Origin: an uncultured delta proteobacterium
GTDB taxonomy: Bacteria; Desulfobacterota; Binatia; Binatales; Binataceae
DNA length: 64,000 nucleotides
NCBI GenBank assembly: GCA_963794325.1
Contig: CAWCDG010000004.1
Coordinates: 640,001 to 704,000 of the forward strand
Direction: 5' to 3'
Below, in pieces: positions 7,493 through 18,716 of the stretch. The position numbers and the translations under genes were made by a program. The notes below the pieces were generated by a model. The model saw nothing but the letters and a program-made list of their open reading frames with translations. It was not told the DNA's origin and did not search any database. The first letter of the stretch is position 1. Each line of letters opens with the position of its first letter.

Positions 7493-9890
7493 ATGCGGAG
7501 GAATTTATTTGCGCGGATCTCAGCAGGGATCCTGATTCAACTGTTTTTTTGTATGCCGGCATTAGGGGCTAATTTGAAGACTCCGACGGCCACGAACTAT
7601 CGGGTCACGGGCGTAGTGAAGGACGCGCTCGGCAGACCGATCAAGCAAGCGGCGTTGACGCTACAATCTTCGAAGGGGCAGGTTGTCGGGCATGCGACGA
7701 GCAATGATGCGGGGGAGTTCTCGTTCAACGCAATCCCGCCGGGCAGTTACGCGGTCGTGGCGACCAGCAGCGGATTCAAGACGGCTACTTCGATCGTTTC
7801 AGTCTCGGCCAAGGGCGCTCCGCCGGTGGTGCTTGCGATGGAAGCCGAGAAAGCGGTCAGCCTGAAGGTGGCGGCGACGCGGCTGAACCAAGGGCGCAAT
7901 TCCTTGTCACCCACCACGGGCGGCAGCAAATACACCTTCACTCAGCAGGCAATTCAGGAATTGCCGCAGGGTGATAATACTTCCTTGAACCAGGTGATAT
8001 TGCAGGCGCCGGGCGTTGCGCAGGACTCGTTTGGACAGCTCCACATTCGCGGCGACCACGCCAATCTTCAGTACCGGGTAAACGGAGTTCAGCTTCCCGA
8101 GGGTATCACCGGCTTCGGGCAGGTGCTCAGTCCACGGTTCGCCAGTTCGATCAGCCTGCTGACGGGCGCGTTGCCGGCAGAGTATGGCCTACGAACCGCC
8201 GGGGTCATCGATATTAAGACCAAGGATGGGCTGCTCGATCCGGTCGCCGATGTCGATTTTTACGGCGGGCAGCGCGGGACCACGCAGCCGAGCTTCGAGT
8301 ACGGCGGATCCAAGGGCAATTTCAGCTACTTCGTGACCGGGCAATATCTTGGCACCGATCGCGGAGTCGAGCCGCCGACGCCCGGACCCACGGCGATTCA
8401 CGATACGAGCAACCAGGGATCGGGGTTCGGGTACTTCTCGTATTTTCTGAATCCGACGACCCGGCTGAGCCTGATCTCGGGATCGGCGATAAATCACTTT
8501 CAGATACCGGCGAATCCAGATCAGCCGCAGGTGTTTCCGTTGGCAGGTGTGCCGGTATATCCGTCGGCGAAAGTGCGCGAGAACCAGTTCGAACAAAACT
8601 ACTTCAACGTGCTCGCGCTGCAGGGGACGGTTGGGGATAACATCGACTATCAGATCGCGCCGTTCAGCCGTTACTCGACCGTCACTTTCAATCCGGACCA
8701 CGTTGGCGACCTGATCTACAACGGCGCAGCATCGAGGGTTTTTCGCAGCGACTGGGGCAACGGTTTTCAGCTCGACACGGCTTATCACGGAATTGCCAAT
8801 CATACGTTTCGACTGGGCGGTTACTTCGACGCCGAGCGCGCCGAGATCGACAACCATGAGGCGGTGTTTACACCATAGGGGCGGCACGCCGCCCAACGTT
8901 CCTTTCGGGATCGTCGATAACATCGGACTGCAGACCTGGATTTACAGCGGCTATATACAGGACGAATGGAAGCCTATCGAAAAACTGACGGTGAACTATG
9001 GTGTCCGCTTCGACCTGTACGACGGCCTGGTGCGGGCTGATCAAGCCAGTCCGCGCGTTGCATTCGAGTACAAGCTGTTCAAGGGCACTACGCTGCACGC
9101 AGGCTATGCACGTCAGATGACGCCGCCGCCAACCGAACTCGTGTCAGTGAGCACAATCGCGAAATTCAAAGGCACCACCGGCGCGCCCGCATCCACTGGC
9201 AACGGCACTCCGACCGTCGAGCGCGACCACCTGTTTGATGCTGGAGTAACGCAGGAGATTATTCCCGGCCTGAACGTGGGTATCGATTCGTATTACAAGA
9301 AGGCGGCCGATCTGATCGACGAAGGGCAATTCGGGCCGGCGCTTATCTTCGAAACATTCAACTACCGCAAGGGTCGCGTTTACGGCGTCGAGTTCACGGG
9401 GTCATACACACACAATAATATTTACGCGTACGAGAACTTCGCCTGGAGCGTCGCGCAGGGGACGCAGGTCGAGTCGGGGCAGTTCAACTTCGCGCCGAAC
9501 GAACTGGCGTTCATCAACACTCACTACATCTTCCTGGATCACGACCAGACCTTCACCAATTCCGCCGGCGTCGTTTACAACTGGAAGGGATGGATGTTCA
9601 GTCTCGACGGAATTTACGGCAGCGGGCTTCGATCGGGTTTCGCTAACACTGGAAATCTGCCGTACTACATCCAGCTCGATGCCGGCATCACCAAGCGGGT
9701 AACGGTACCCAACCATGGCGGCGTACTCGAATTTCGCGGCGCGATCGTGAATCTGAATGACCGCACTTACGAGATTCGCAGCGGCTCGGGTATTGGTGTG
9801 TTTGCGGCTCAATTCGGTCCGCGGCGGGCGCTCTATGGCGGGATAAAATGGGAGCTTCCATTCACAAAACCCGCGACTGCGATTCAATGA
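7493..9890 (+). CDS. TonB-dependent receptor with N-terminal carboxypeptidase-regulatory-like domain (frameshift near 8875)
   Basis: Signal peptide, VTGVVKDALGRPI, plug GQLHIRGDHANLQYRVNG/GALPAEYG; barrel continues in ORF 8793-9890 (YIQDEWK..AQFGPRRALYGG). Span is 3n+1. Confidence 0.88.
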
Positions 9891-9936
9891 AACCGCAGTC
9901 ACGATTCAGGCGTCAGGTAGTAAGGAGAACCTATTA

Positions 9937-10609
9937 ATGCAGCAACTGTATGTAGCGTGGAACGCTATCAAGTTCGGCGGCGCGATGGTCTATCCGCTGC
10001 TGGTGCTTGGCGTCCTCGCGATTGGGATAATCATCGACCGGAGCGTGCTCTACGCGCGATGCCTTCGGCTGCCCAGCGAACTTGCCAATCTGGTCGAGAC
10101 GTTCGGATTTTCATGGGTTGAACTCGAGAAGCGGCTGAACGAACTCGGCCCGCGCAACGCATACGGACGCTTTCTCCAGGTGATCGCCGACAATCGCAAC
10201 AAGCCGGCATGGTGGGTCGAATCGAGGGCCGGCGACGAGGCCGGCCGCATCGAGAAGACGCTCGCGCGCGGACTGTGGGTGCTCGAGACGGTCGTGACCG
10301 CGGCGCCGCTACTGGGATTGCTCGGCACCATCACGGGCATGATGCAGTCGTTCAACGTGATCGGAGCATCGACGCTGGTCGCGCCAACGCAGGTGACCGC
10401 GGGCGTCGCGCAGGCGCTGATTGCAACGGCGCTTGGCTTGCTGATCGCGGTGCTTGCGCTGTTTGCGTTCAACCTGTTCTCGCGGATGCAATCGCAGGCG
10501 CTCGATACGATGGAGCGGCTGGGCTCGCGGCTGGTCGATCATATTCGGCTCGATCAGGAAGGCGGCGAGGCAAGCGCATATCTCACGACCGACGGCAGTC
10601 GCGCGATGA
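9937..10609 (+). CDS. exbB: ExbB/TolQ/MotA proton channel (reads through into exbD as assembled)
   Basis: GGAMVYPL, LETVVTAAPLLGLLGTITGMM, GVAQALIATALGL. End inferred from the ATGA at 10606-10609. Confidence 0.8.
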
Positions 10610-11007
10610 AAATCCAGCGAGCGCGACATTTTCGGCATGGGCGAATCGAGATCATCCCGATGATCGACGTGATGTTCTTTTTGCTGGTGACGTTCATGCT
10701 GGCGTCGCTGTCGATGCAGACTCTCAACTCGATCACCGTCAATCTGCCCAAGGGCGACGCCGAATCGCTCGAGCATCGCGAGCCGATCACGCTGACGGTC
10801 ACGCGCGACAATCACATTTTCATCGACAAAACGCCGACCACGCTCGACCAGTTGGCGTTCGTGCTCAAGCCGATGCTCAAGGCGAATGACCTGGGCGTGG
10901 TGGTGAACGCCGACAGCGACTCGCCGGAAGGGACGGTGGTGGAGGCGATGATCCAGGCGCGGCGCGCGGGTGTCGAGCACTTTCTGATAGCGGTGAAGCA
11001 TCAATAA
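10606..11007 (+). CDS. exbD: ExbD/TolR biopolymer transport protein
   Basis: IEIIPMIDVMFFLLVTFML, VNLPK, VVVNAD. Confidence 0.85.
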   Translation: MKIQRARHFRHGRIEIIPMIDVMFFLLVTFMLASLSMQTLNSITVNLPKGDAESLEHREPITLTVTRDNHIFIDKTPTTLDQLAFVLKPMLKANDLGVVVNADSDSPEGTVVEAMIQARRAGVEHFLIAVKHQ

Positions 11008-11754
11008 TGGCGGGCGCTGCGCCTATCGCGATTCGGCCGCCGGAACTGGACGACCCATTACGGCGCTTGTTGTTCGTCATCCCGGCTGGCGATCGCGATC
11101 TGGGCAATTCTGCTGAGCGCGTTTTCGCTCATTTTGATGCGCACGAAGGCGCCGCCCGCCGAGCTGAAGCCAATCGAGGCTCGGCTGATCGAGATACCAG
11201 CGGCGGTCGGCGGGCTGCAGGGCAACGGTGGAGCGGTGCATCCGTCGGCGCCGGCGATTCCTCATCCCAAGCCGGTACCCATCGTCAAAGCTCATCCGGT
11301 AGCGCATCCGAAAAAGGTCGCGCCGCTGCCGCCGGTCATTCGGTCTCCCTACGGCACCGAGAAATCGACCGAAGCCCCGAGCGTCGGAGAAAAACCGGGC
11401 GCGAGCACCGGAAGCGCGACTGAGAGCGGAGCGAGCAGCGGCGGTTCGGGAACTGGCGAAGGATCGGGCACCGGAATCGGCACCGATACGGTGGGCGCTC
11501 ACGCCATCTACGCGCCGACGCCGGTGATCCCCGACGAGTTGCGCGAGGACGTGATGCAGACCGAGGCGGTCGCACATTTCAACGTGTCGTTCGACGGTAC
11601 CAGTGAGGTGACGCTGGCGAAGCCAACCTCAAGCCCGCGCCTCAACCAGGTGCTGCTCGACACGCTAAAGCAATGGAAGTTTTTCCCGGCGGTGAAAAAC
11701 GGCGTCGCGATCGCGTCGTCGTTCGATGTCAGGATTCCGATTACGGTTCAGTAG
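11007..11754 (+). CDS. tonB: TonB family energy transducer (frameshift near 11084)
   Basis: ATG overlaps exbD stop; TM segment LLFVIP/LAIAIWAILLSAFSLIL spans two frames; Pro-rich linker; C-terminal LKQWKFFPAVKNG. Confidence 0.8.
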
Positions 11755-11792
11755 ATCAAGCGACGGCGCGGGCGTCGAGATCGATGCCCAGA

Positions 11793-11877
11793 AACCTAAC
11801 CCCTAACCCCTTCCCGAGCGGGAAGGGGAACCGGATCGTTGGGAGTGGCCTCTTCCCGAGCGGGAAGGGGAACCGGA
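11793..11877 (+). repeat. REP-like repeat, family A, tandem copies 3 and 4
   Basis: AACCTAACCCCTAACCCCTTCCCGAGCGGGAAGGGGAACCGGAT then CCTCTTCCCGAGCGGGAAGGGGAACCGGA, between convergent genes. Confidence 0.85.
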
Positions 11878-11891
11878 ATGTAGAGCACGTT

Positions 11892-13074
11892 TTAAGCGCA
11901 GAGGCGGTCGATCACTTTGCGCGATCATTGCGGGGCCACGGTCGAAGGCGTCGCGGCGGACGTGCTCGTTGGGCTGATGCGCCTGCGCGAGATCGCCGGG
12001 GCCGCAGATTAGCGACGTGATGCCGGAGCCGGTGAACCATCCGCCGTCGGTGGCATACAGCGCGCCGCCGGCAGTCTTTGCGCCGGTCACGTCGAATAGA
12101 GCGGCTTCCAGAGCCGTTCCGCGCAGTGAATCGAGCGGGGGCACGACGTTCAGCAGGTTGGTTTCGATTGTCGCGCGATGCTCGCGGCCGGCGTAGTCGT
12201 GACTGTCGAGCGCGGCGAGCCGGCGCTGGATCTCGTGGTAAACGTCGAGCGGATCGGCGTCGGGCAGCGTTCGGTAGCTGACGCGCAGGTTGCATTGCTC
12301 GGCGATCATGTTGAGCGCGATTCCGCCGTGGACGATTCCGAAATTCAGCACGTCGTGCGGCGCGTCAGGAAAAATCTCAAGATATTCGGCCGGTCTGCGC
12401 GCCGCCAGCTCCTGCTGGTAGCGGCCGATGGCGTCGATGACGCGGGCCATCACGGCAATCGCGTTGACGCCGCGGGCCGGCGCCCCGCTATGACCGCCGA
12501 TGCCGCGGACGGTTACCCCGAACGACGCGATGCTCTTATGCGCGCGCGACACTTCCCACGAAGTCGGCTCGCCGATCCATGCCAACTTCGGGACCGGCGT
12601 CTCGCCGAGGATCTGTTTGAGCGCAGGAGCGACGGCCTTGGCGCCGAGACAACCGATTTCCTCGCTCGCGGTAAATACGAAAACCAGCGGGCGCTTGAGG
12701 CGCGATGAATCCAGGGTGCGCGACGCGTCGAGGCATTGCGCGATGAATCCTTTCATATCGGTGGTGCCGCGGCCGTAGATTCTGTCGCCCGCGGGTTCGA
12801 GCTTGAGCGGATCGCGTTCCCATCCGGGCTGGCCGTCGAAGGGGACGACATCGACGTGTCCCGAAATTATCAGGCCGTCGGCGCGCGGCGGACCGACCCA
12901 TGCGACCAGGTTGGCCTGCGCGACGCCGAACAGTTCGATCGGCTGAATTGCGGTTTTGAATCCTCGCGGCGTGAGCTCCGCGGCAATGTATTCCATCGCG
13001 TCGCGATCGCTTTTCGCGCTGACCGTGTCGAACGCGACGAGCCGGCGCGCGACCTCGTACAAGTAATCGTTCAT
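11892..13074 (-). CDS. argE: Acetylornithine deacetylase-like M20 peptidase (frameshift near 3' end)
   Basis: LVAFDTVS, ISGHVDVVP, GRGTTDMKG, SEEIGCLG, IGEPT, GPGDLAQAHQPNE. Likely true end KVIDRLCA* at 11892. Confidence 0.8.
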
Positions 13075-13231
13075 AGTGCCACCTGGGCGTGAAACCGGTC
13101 AGGAGAATCGCACAATCGGAGCGTCGATAACAAATCGCAGCCTGATAACGTCGCGGAAACATTCATTTATTGGCCGATAGGCAATCGACCGTGCGGGCGG
13201 CTAGAATGCTTGGGTCGGAAGGAGGGGCTGG

Positions 13232-15535
13232 ATGGGATCGAACGAGCAGATGGGCAATCAATCGGATAGTCACGAAACATTTGCGGCGGCCACGGTCGCC
13301 GATGCGCCTACGCCTCAAAACGGAACGGCGGCTGATTCGATCGCGAGCGCGGCAGTGCTCGACGGATCGATCACGCCGGTCGAGAAGTCGCCGCCGCCGC
13401 ATCTCGACAAGGACCTCACCTCACCTGACCTGTTCCTGAATCGCGAGCTGACGTGGCTCGCGTTTAATCGACGCGTTCTGCACGAGGCCGAAGACGAGCG
13501 AACTCCGCTGCTCGAGCGGCTGAAGTTCCTGGCGATCACGGCGTCGAACCTCGACGAATTTTTTATGAAGCGCATCGGCGGTCTGAAGCAGCAGGTCGTC
13601 GCGGGGATGCATGAGCTGACGGTCGATGGACGCACGCCGCAGCAGCAGATCAATGAGTGCTACACGGTGGTGCGCGAAATCGAGCAGCGGCAGCGCGAGG
13701 TCGGGCCGCATATTCTGCGCGAGCTCGAGAATCACGGCATTCGAGTGCGGCTCTACGCCAGCCTTTCCGATGAAGAATGCAAGTCGGTTCGCGACTACTA
13801 CTACAAGAATATTTTTCCGCTGGTGACGCCGCAGGCGATGGACCCGGCGCATCCGTTCCCGTTCGTGTCGAATCTGTCGCTTAATTTGCTGGTCACGGCG
13901 CGCTATCAGAACGACTCAGACCCGCTGATGGCGCGGGTGAAAGTGCCGGTCGGCTTCGGAATCCCGCGTTTTCTGCGAGTCGGCAATAAAAATGATTTTG
14001 TGCGGCTCGAGGACGTCCTCGCGAACAACCTCGATCTGCTGTTTCCCTCGATGCTGATCGACTCGTACGAGCTTTTCCGCGTCACGCGCAACGCCAACAC
14101 GGAGCGCGACGAGGACGAGGCCGACGATCTGCTCGCGCTGATCGAATCCGAGCTGCGCGACCGCCGTTTCGCTCCAATCGTGCGGCTGGAAGTGCTGACC
14201 GGGATGAATCCGGTTCATCGCGGGATGCTCGCCGCGGAACTCGGGCTGGACGAACGCGCCGACGTGTTCGAGGTCGATGGCATGCTCTCGATGCGCGACC
14301 TTGGGGAGCTCGCGTCGCTCGACGAGCCCGCGCTGCACGATCCGCCGCATCATCCGGTGGATCATCCGCGCCTGACGGTCGGACGGAGCATCTTCCACGT
14401 CATTCGCGATGCGGGCTCGTTCCTGCTGCTGCATCCGTACGAGTCGTTTTCGACTTCGGTCGAACGGTTTTTGCGTGAAGCCGCGGACGACCCGAAAGTC
14501 CGCGCGATCAAGATGACGCTGTATCGGACCTCGCCGGACTCGAAGATCATCGGCTACCTTTGCGATGCGGCGCGCAACGGCAAGCAGGTTGCAGTGGTGG
14601 TCGAGCTGAAGGCGCGCTTTGACGAAGCTGCAAATATCCAGTTCGCGACCAAGCTCGAGGAGTTTGGAATTCACGTAACCTACGGCGTGGTCGGCCTGAA
14701 GACTCACAGCAAAGTGATCCTGGTCATCCGGCAGGACTACAACGGGCTGCGGCGTTACGCGCATATCGGGACCGGCAACTATCATCCGGTGACGGCGCGA
14801 TTCTATGCCGACTACGGGCTGCTGACTTGCGACGGCACGATCGGCGAAGACCTGACTGAGCTGTTCAACTACCTGACGACCGGCTATATGCCGAACCGTC
14901 CGTATCGCAAGATCCTTCCGGCGCCGACGGTGTTGAAGCGCGCGCTACTGTCGCGAATCGAGCGCGAAATCAAAGTGCACTCGGCGGCATCACCGGGGCT
15001 GATTCAATTCAAGATGAACGCGCTCGAAGACGTGGATATCACGCGCGCTCTATATCGCGCGTCGCAGGCAGGGGTGAAGGTCGATCTGATCGTGCGCGAC
15101 ACGTGCAGGCTGCGTCCGGGAATCCAAGGACTGTCGGAAACCGTGCGCGTCGTCAGCATTGTCGGTCGATTCCTCGAACACGGCCGCATCTACTATTTTC
15201 GCAACGGCGGCGCAGAGGAGTTTTTCATCGGATCCGCCGATTGCATGAAACGCAATCTGGAGAGCCGGGTCGAGGTGGTCGCACCGGTCGAGGATCCGCA
15301 ACTGCGAAAGGAGTTGCGCGTCGTGCTCGATATCCAGTTGCGGCCGAATCGATGCCAGTGGGAAATGCAATCTGACGGTACTTACGTCAGGACCGCGGCC
15401 GCGGATGCAGCGCCGGCATGCCAGCAAGCGATGATCGATTTCGCCGAGACGCGGCAAACCGAAGCGACCAAGGTCAAGCGGCGGCGCTCCAAAGGCTTCG
15501 CCCGCCGCGCGGTACGAGAAAGGAACGACGAGTGA
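13232..15535 (+). CDS. ppk1: Polyphosphate kinase 1
   Basis: NRELTWLAFNRRVL, SNLDEFFMKR, HPYESF, ELKARFDE, LKTHSK, GTGNY, GRFLEH, NLESRVE. Confidence 0.97.
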   Translation: MGSNEQMGNQSDSHETFAAATVADAPTPQNGTAADSIASAAVLDGSITPVEKSPPPHLDKDLTSPDLFLNRELTWLAFNRRVLHEAEDERTPLLERLKFLAITASNLDEFFMKRIGGLKQQVVAGMHELTVDGRTPQQQINECYTVVREIEQRQREVGPHILRELENHGIRVRLYASLSDEECKSVRDYYYKNIFPLVTPQAMDPAHPFPFVSNLSLNLLVTARYQNDSDPLMARVKVPVGFGIPRFLRVGNKNDFVRLEDVLANNLDLLFPSMLIDSYELFRVTRNANTERDEDEADDLLALIESELRDRRFAPIVRLEVLTGMNPVHRGMLAAELGLDERADVFEVDGMLSMRDLGELASLDEPALHDPPHHPVDHPRLTVGRSIFHVIRDAGSFLLLHPYESFSTSVERFLREAADDPKVRAIKMTLYRTSPDSKIIGYLCDAARNGKQVAVVVELKARFDEAANIQFATKLEEFGIHVTYGVVGLKTHSKVILVIRQDYNGLRRYAHIGTGNYHPVTARFYADYGLLTCDGTIGEDLTELFNYLTTGYMPNRPYRKILPAPTVLKRALLSRIEREIKVHSAASPGLIQFKMNALEDVDITRALYRASQAGVKVDLIVRDTCRLRPGIQGLSETVRVVSIVGRFLEHGRIYYFRNGGAEEFFIGSADCMKRNLESRVEVVAPVEDPQLRKELRVVLDIQLRPNRCQWEMQSDGTYVRTAAADAAPACQQAMIDFAETRQTEATKVKRRRSKGFARRAVRERNDE

Positions 15536-17007
15536 CGCAACCGTCTGTCGCGGGATCGATAGACCCACGCGTCGAAGATGCCGGCGGGGCTGGTGAAAAA
15601 GCGGCGTCATATCGCGACCAGCGAATCGCGTACTGGAACAGCTACACTCGCCGCGGTTCGAGCAATTACTATCATCGCAGAATCGCCGAGATTTATCAGT
15701 TTCTGATTCCACCGGGACAGCGCGTGCTGGAGCTTGGGAGCGGCGAAGGTGATCTGATCGCGTCGCTCAAGCCGTCAACCGGCATAGGAGTCGATTTTTC
15801 GCCGGAGATGATATCTCGCGCGCGAAATAAACATCCTGAGATCGAGTTCCTGTTACAGGACGTCCAGGAATTGGATTTGCCCGGAACGTTCGACTACATC
15901 GTCATTTCCGATCTGGTGAATGACTTGTGGGACGTCGAGGCCGTATTCGAGCGGATCGCCGATCTAAGCGGGCCGCAGACCCGGATCGTAGTCAATACCT
16001 ATAGCCGCCTGTGGGAACTTCCGCTGGCCTCGGTCCGAGCGCTCGGTCTCGCCAATCCGGCGATCGATCGAAACTGGCTGACAACCGAAGACGTCGAGAA
16101 CATGCTCTATCTGAGTGGGTTCGAGATGATTCGGCGCTGGCAGGAAGTTCTTTTTCCCCTGCGAGTCCCTGTGATTGACGCGCTCTTCAACAAATACCTG
16201 GTAAAGATTGGACCGTTTCGGTTGGCCGCGCTCACTAATTTCCTGATAGCGCGTCCTTCATGGCTGCGCGAAGCCGCGCGCGATCGGAAACCGATCGTGA
16301 GCGTGGTGGTGCCGGCCCGCAACGAAGCCGGCAATATCGAGAATATTTTCCGACGCGTTCCCGAGATGGGCGCCGGCACCGAACTGATTTTCGTTGAAGG
16401 TCATTCTACTGACGACACCTACGGCGCTATCGAGCGGACCGCGGCTAACTATCCGGGCAAGCGCGTGAAGATCATTCGCCAGAGCGGGCGCGGGAAAGGT
16501 GACGCTGTTCGGGCTGGATTTGCGGCGGCCGAGGGCGACGTACTGATGATACTCGACGCTGACTTGACGGTGCCGCCCGAAGACCTGCCGCGATTCTACG
16601 AGGTATTGCGATCGGGCAAGGGTGAATTCGTCAACGGCGTGAGACTGGTTTACCCGATGGAGGCGCAGGCGATGCGCTTCTTCAACCTGATTGGAAACAA
16701 GTTTTTCGCGGTCGCATTCTCGTGGTTGCTGGGGCAATCAATCAAGGACACGTTATGCGGCACCAAGGTGCTGAGCCGTCAGAACTACGACTTGATAGCG
16801 CGGAATCGAGGCTACTTCGGAGAGTTTGATCCGTTCGGCGATTTCGACCTAATCTTCGGCGCTGCCAAGCTCAATTTGAAGGTCGTTGACGTACCGATTC
16901 GCTACGCGGAACGCACCTACGGCGAGACCAACATCGCACGCTGGAGCCACGGCTTGCTGTTGATCCGAATGGTGATGTTCGCCTGCACGCGGATCAAGTT
17001 CGTCTGA
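15532..17007 (+). CDS. SAM-methyltransferase / GT2 glycosyltransferase fusion
   Basis: GTG overlaps ppk1 stop; VLELGSGEG; then SVVVPARNE, GKGDAVRAG, ILDADL, DTLCGTK. Confidence 0.88.
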   Translation: MTQPSVAGSIDPRVEDAGGAGEKAASYRDQRIAYWNSYTRRGSSNYYHRRIAEIYQFLIPPGQRVLELGSGEGDLIASLKPSTGIGVDFSPEMISRARNKHPEIEFLLQDVQELDLPGTFDYIVISDLVNDLWDVEAVFERIADLSGPQTRIVVNTYSRLWELPLASVRALGLANPAIDRNWLTTEDVENMLYLSGFEMIRRWQEVLFPLRVPVIDALFNKYLVKIGPFRLAALTNFLIARPSWLREAARDRKPIVSVVVPARNEAGNIENIFRRVPEMGAGTELIFVEGHSTDDTYGAIERTAANYPGKRVKIIRQSGRGKGDAVRAGFAAAEGDVLMILDADLTVPPEDLPRFYEVLRSGKGEFVNGVRLVYPMEAQAMRFFNLIGNKFFAVAFSWLLGQSIKDTLCGTKVLSRQNYDLIARNRGYFGEFDPFGDFDLIFGAAKLNLKVVDVPIRYAERTYGETNIARWSHGLLLIRMVMFACTRIKFV

Positions 17008-17011
17008 ACCC

Positions 17012-18679
17012 TTGTTCACTCACCTGAAAGCAGGTTCTTCGCCCAACATCGATAAGCGGTTGCAATTTCTCCTGGTGATTGCACTCACCATGTTCGCTGC
17101 GTGGTTGAGATTTTCGTCGATAGGCTTCGGGCTCCCCGATCAGCTTCGTCCTGATGAAGAGAGGACCGTTCCGACCGCGCTCGGCTTCGAAAAGGATTGG
17201 AATCCTCATTTCGCGATCTATCCAGCAGCCCAGACCTATCTCATCCACGGAGCTTTGCGATCGTACGCGACGTTAACTGGCGCCGACCGGAATCTGCACA
17301 CCGCGTACGGTTCCGATAACGGAGCGCAGGCGTTTTTGATCGCCCGGCAAATCTCAGCGGCAATGGGCGCTTTAACAGTTCCGGTAATCTATCTGGCTGC
17401 AGCGCCGGTATTTGGACCCGTCGCCGCTCTAGTCTCGGCGGCGATTGTAGGCGTCAGCTATATCCATGTGCGCGAGTCCAAGTTCGCCAAGCCTGAAGTT
17501 CCAGCTGGCTTGTGGCTGGCTCTGAGTATCTTGATGACGTTGCGCATCGCCACCCGCGGTGATCTGATTGACTACGTCCTGGCAGGTTTTTTCTGTGGCT
17601 TGGCGGCGGCAACGCATTATGCGGCTGGAGCGATAGCAATTGGCATTTTCGTTGCGCACCTCGAGGCCCGACACCGAGAGCATCAACCGATGCGCACTTC
17701 TCGACTGGCTCCGAGAATTTACCTTGCAGGTCTTGTTACGATACTGACCTTCTGTTGTGCCGACCCTTATTTCTTTCTCGACTTGCGCCAGACTGTGCTC
17801 GATTTCGCCTACATGCATAGCAGTTATACGACGTGGAATGGTGGTCACTCGCCGGCGGGCTACGGATGGTCTTGGCTTTTGCTGCGGGCAATGCCGGCGG
17901 GTTTCGGAATCGAATTGGAAATCGTTTTGCTTGCCGCGATGCTATGGGCGATCTTTCGCCCGAGGCCCGGTACGTTCGCACTCCTCGCCTTCATCGTGGT
18001 CTGCTTCTTGATGCTGACCCGCGGTCATCCACAACTCGAGTTTCGCTACCTCACGACCCCGCTGCTCGCGATGGCGGTGCTCGGCGGCATATTTTTCGCC
18101 GACCTGACTGCATTGGCATGCTCGCGGATGGGTACGCGCCCAAGCCTCGCGATGGCAGGATTGGCTGGCATCCTCATATTGGCGCCGTCTCTGATTCGAG
18201 ATGTGCAGCTTAACTGGCTCCTCGATCAGACGGACACTCGCACAATCGCTCGCAAATGGATGATTGAGCATATTCCGCCAGCTTCGTCAGTTGTCTTTGT
18301 TGGTGGTGATGGTTTCGGGAAGCCGCAGGTGGCTGGAATGTACAATCCGCTTCCGGTCCATAGTCTGGACTGTCTGAAAAAGGCGACCAAGTCGGCGCAG
18401 TGGGTTGTCTCGGACACCTTTCCGCCGCTTAGTATCTGGTCGCCGGGCGCCACGGACGCAGAGGTAGCTGAACTGAATTCCGAAGGCACGCTCGAGTTCG
18501 ATGTGGACTCGATAAGACCTGGGACCGAGCCCGCGTTCGATCCCAATGACGCCTTCTATGTGCCCTTCACCGACACGACAAGTATGTTAAGACCTGGTCC
18601 GAGAATCCGCATATGGAAGATTACTGCATCGCCAGGCGGTTCTACCGTCCCTGCCGCCTTTCCGCCGGGAGGATGTTGA
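17012..18679 (+). CDS. GT-C membrane glycosyltransferase (ArnT/PMT_2-like)
   Basis: Multiple TM helices, RPDE loop motif, ARQISAAMG, GLAAATHY, RYL.PL, DTR..A..W. Confidence 0.75.
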   Translation: MFTHLKAGSSPNIDKRLQFLLVIALTMFAAWLRFSSIGFGLPDQLRPDEERTVPTALGFEKDWNPHFAIYPAAQTYLIHGALRSYATLTGADRNLHTAYGSDNGAQAFLIARQISAAMGALTVPVIYLAAAPVFGPVAALVSAAIVGVSYIHVRESKFAKPEVPAGLWLALSILMTLRIATRGDLIDYVLAGFFCGLAAATHYAAGAIAIGIFVAHLEARHREHQPMRTSRLAPRIYLAGLVTILTFCCADPYFFLDLRQTVLDFAYMHSSYTTWNGGHSPAGYGWSWLLLRAMPAGFGIELEIVLLAAMLWAIFRPRPGTFALLAFIVVCFLMLTRGHPQLEFRYLTTPLLAMAVLGGIFFADLTALACSRMGTRPSLAMAGLAGILILAPSLIRDVQLNWLLDQTDTRTIARKWMIEHIPPASSVVFVGGDGFGKPQVAGMYNPLPVHSLDCLKKATKSAQWVVSDTFPPLSIWSPGATDAEVAELNSEGTLEFDVDSIRPGTEPAFDPNDAFYVPFTDTTSMLRPGPRIRIWKITASPGGSTVPAAFPPGGC

Positions 18680-18716
18680 TGAACGCACGAGATCTCACGA
18701 GAGCGGGCATCGCTCC

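Noticed and set aside
9937-11007. Apparent natural ExbB-ExbD fusion (356 aa)
   Set aside because: An ATGA overlap sits exactly at the ExbD start, and 9937-10609 is 3n+1, the same one-extra-base pattern as the neighbouring frameshifts. Probably an artefact; reads are needed to confirm.
11803-11891. C-terminal repeat extension of ArgE (SGSPSRSGRG twice)
   Set aside because: Produced by frameshift read-through into the REP-like repeats
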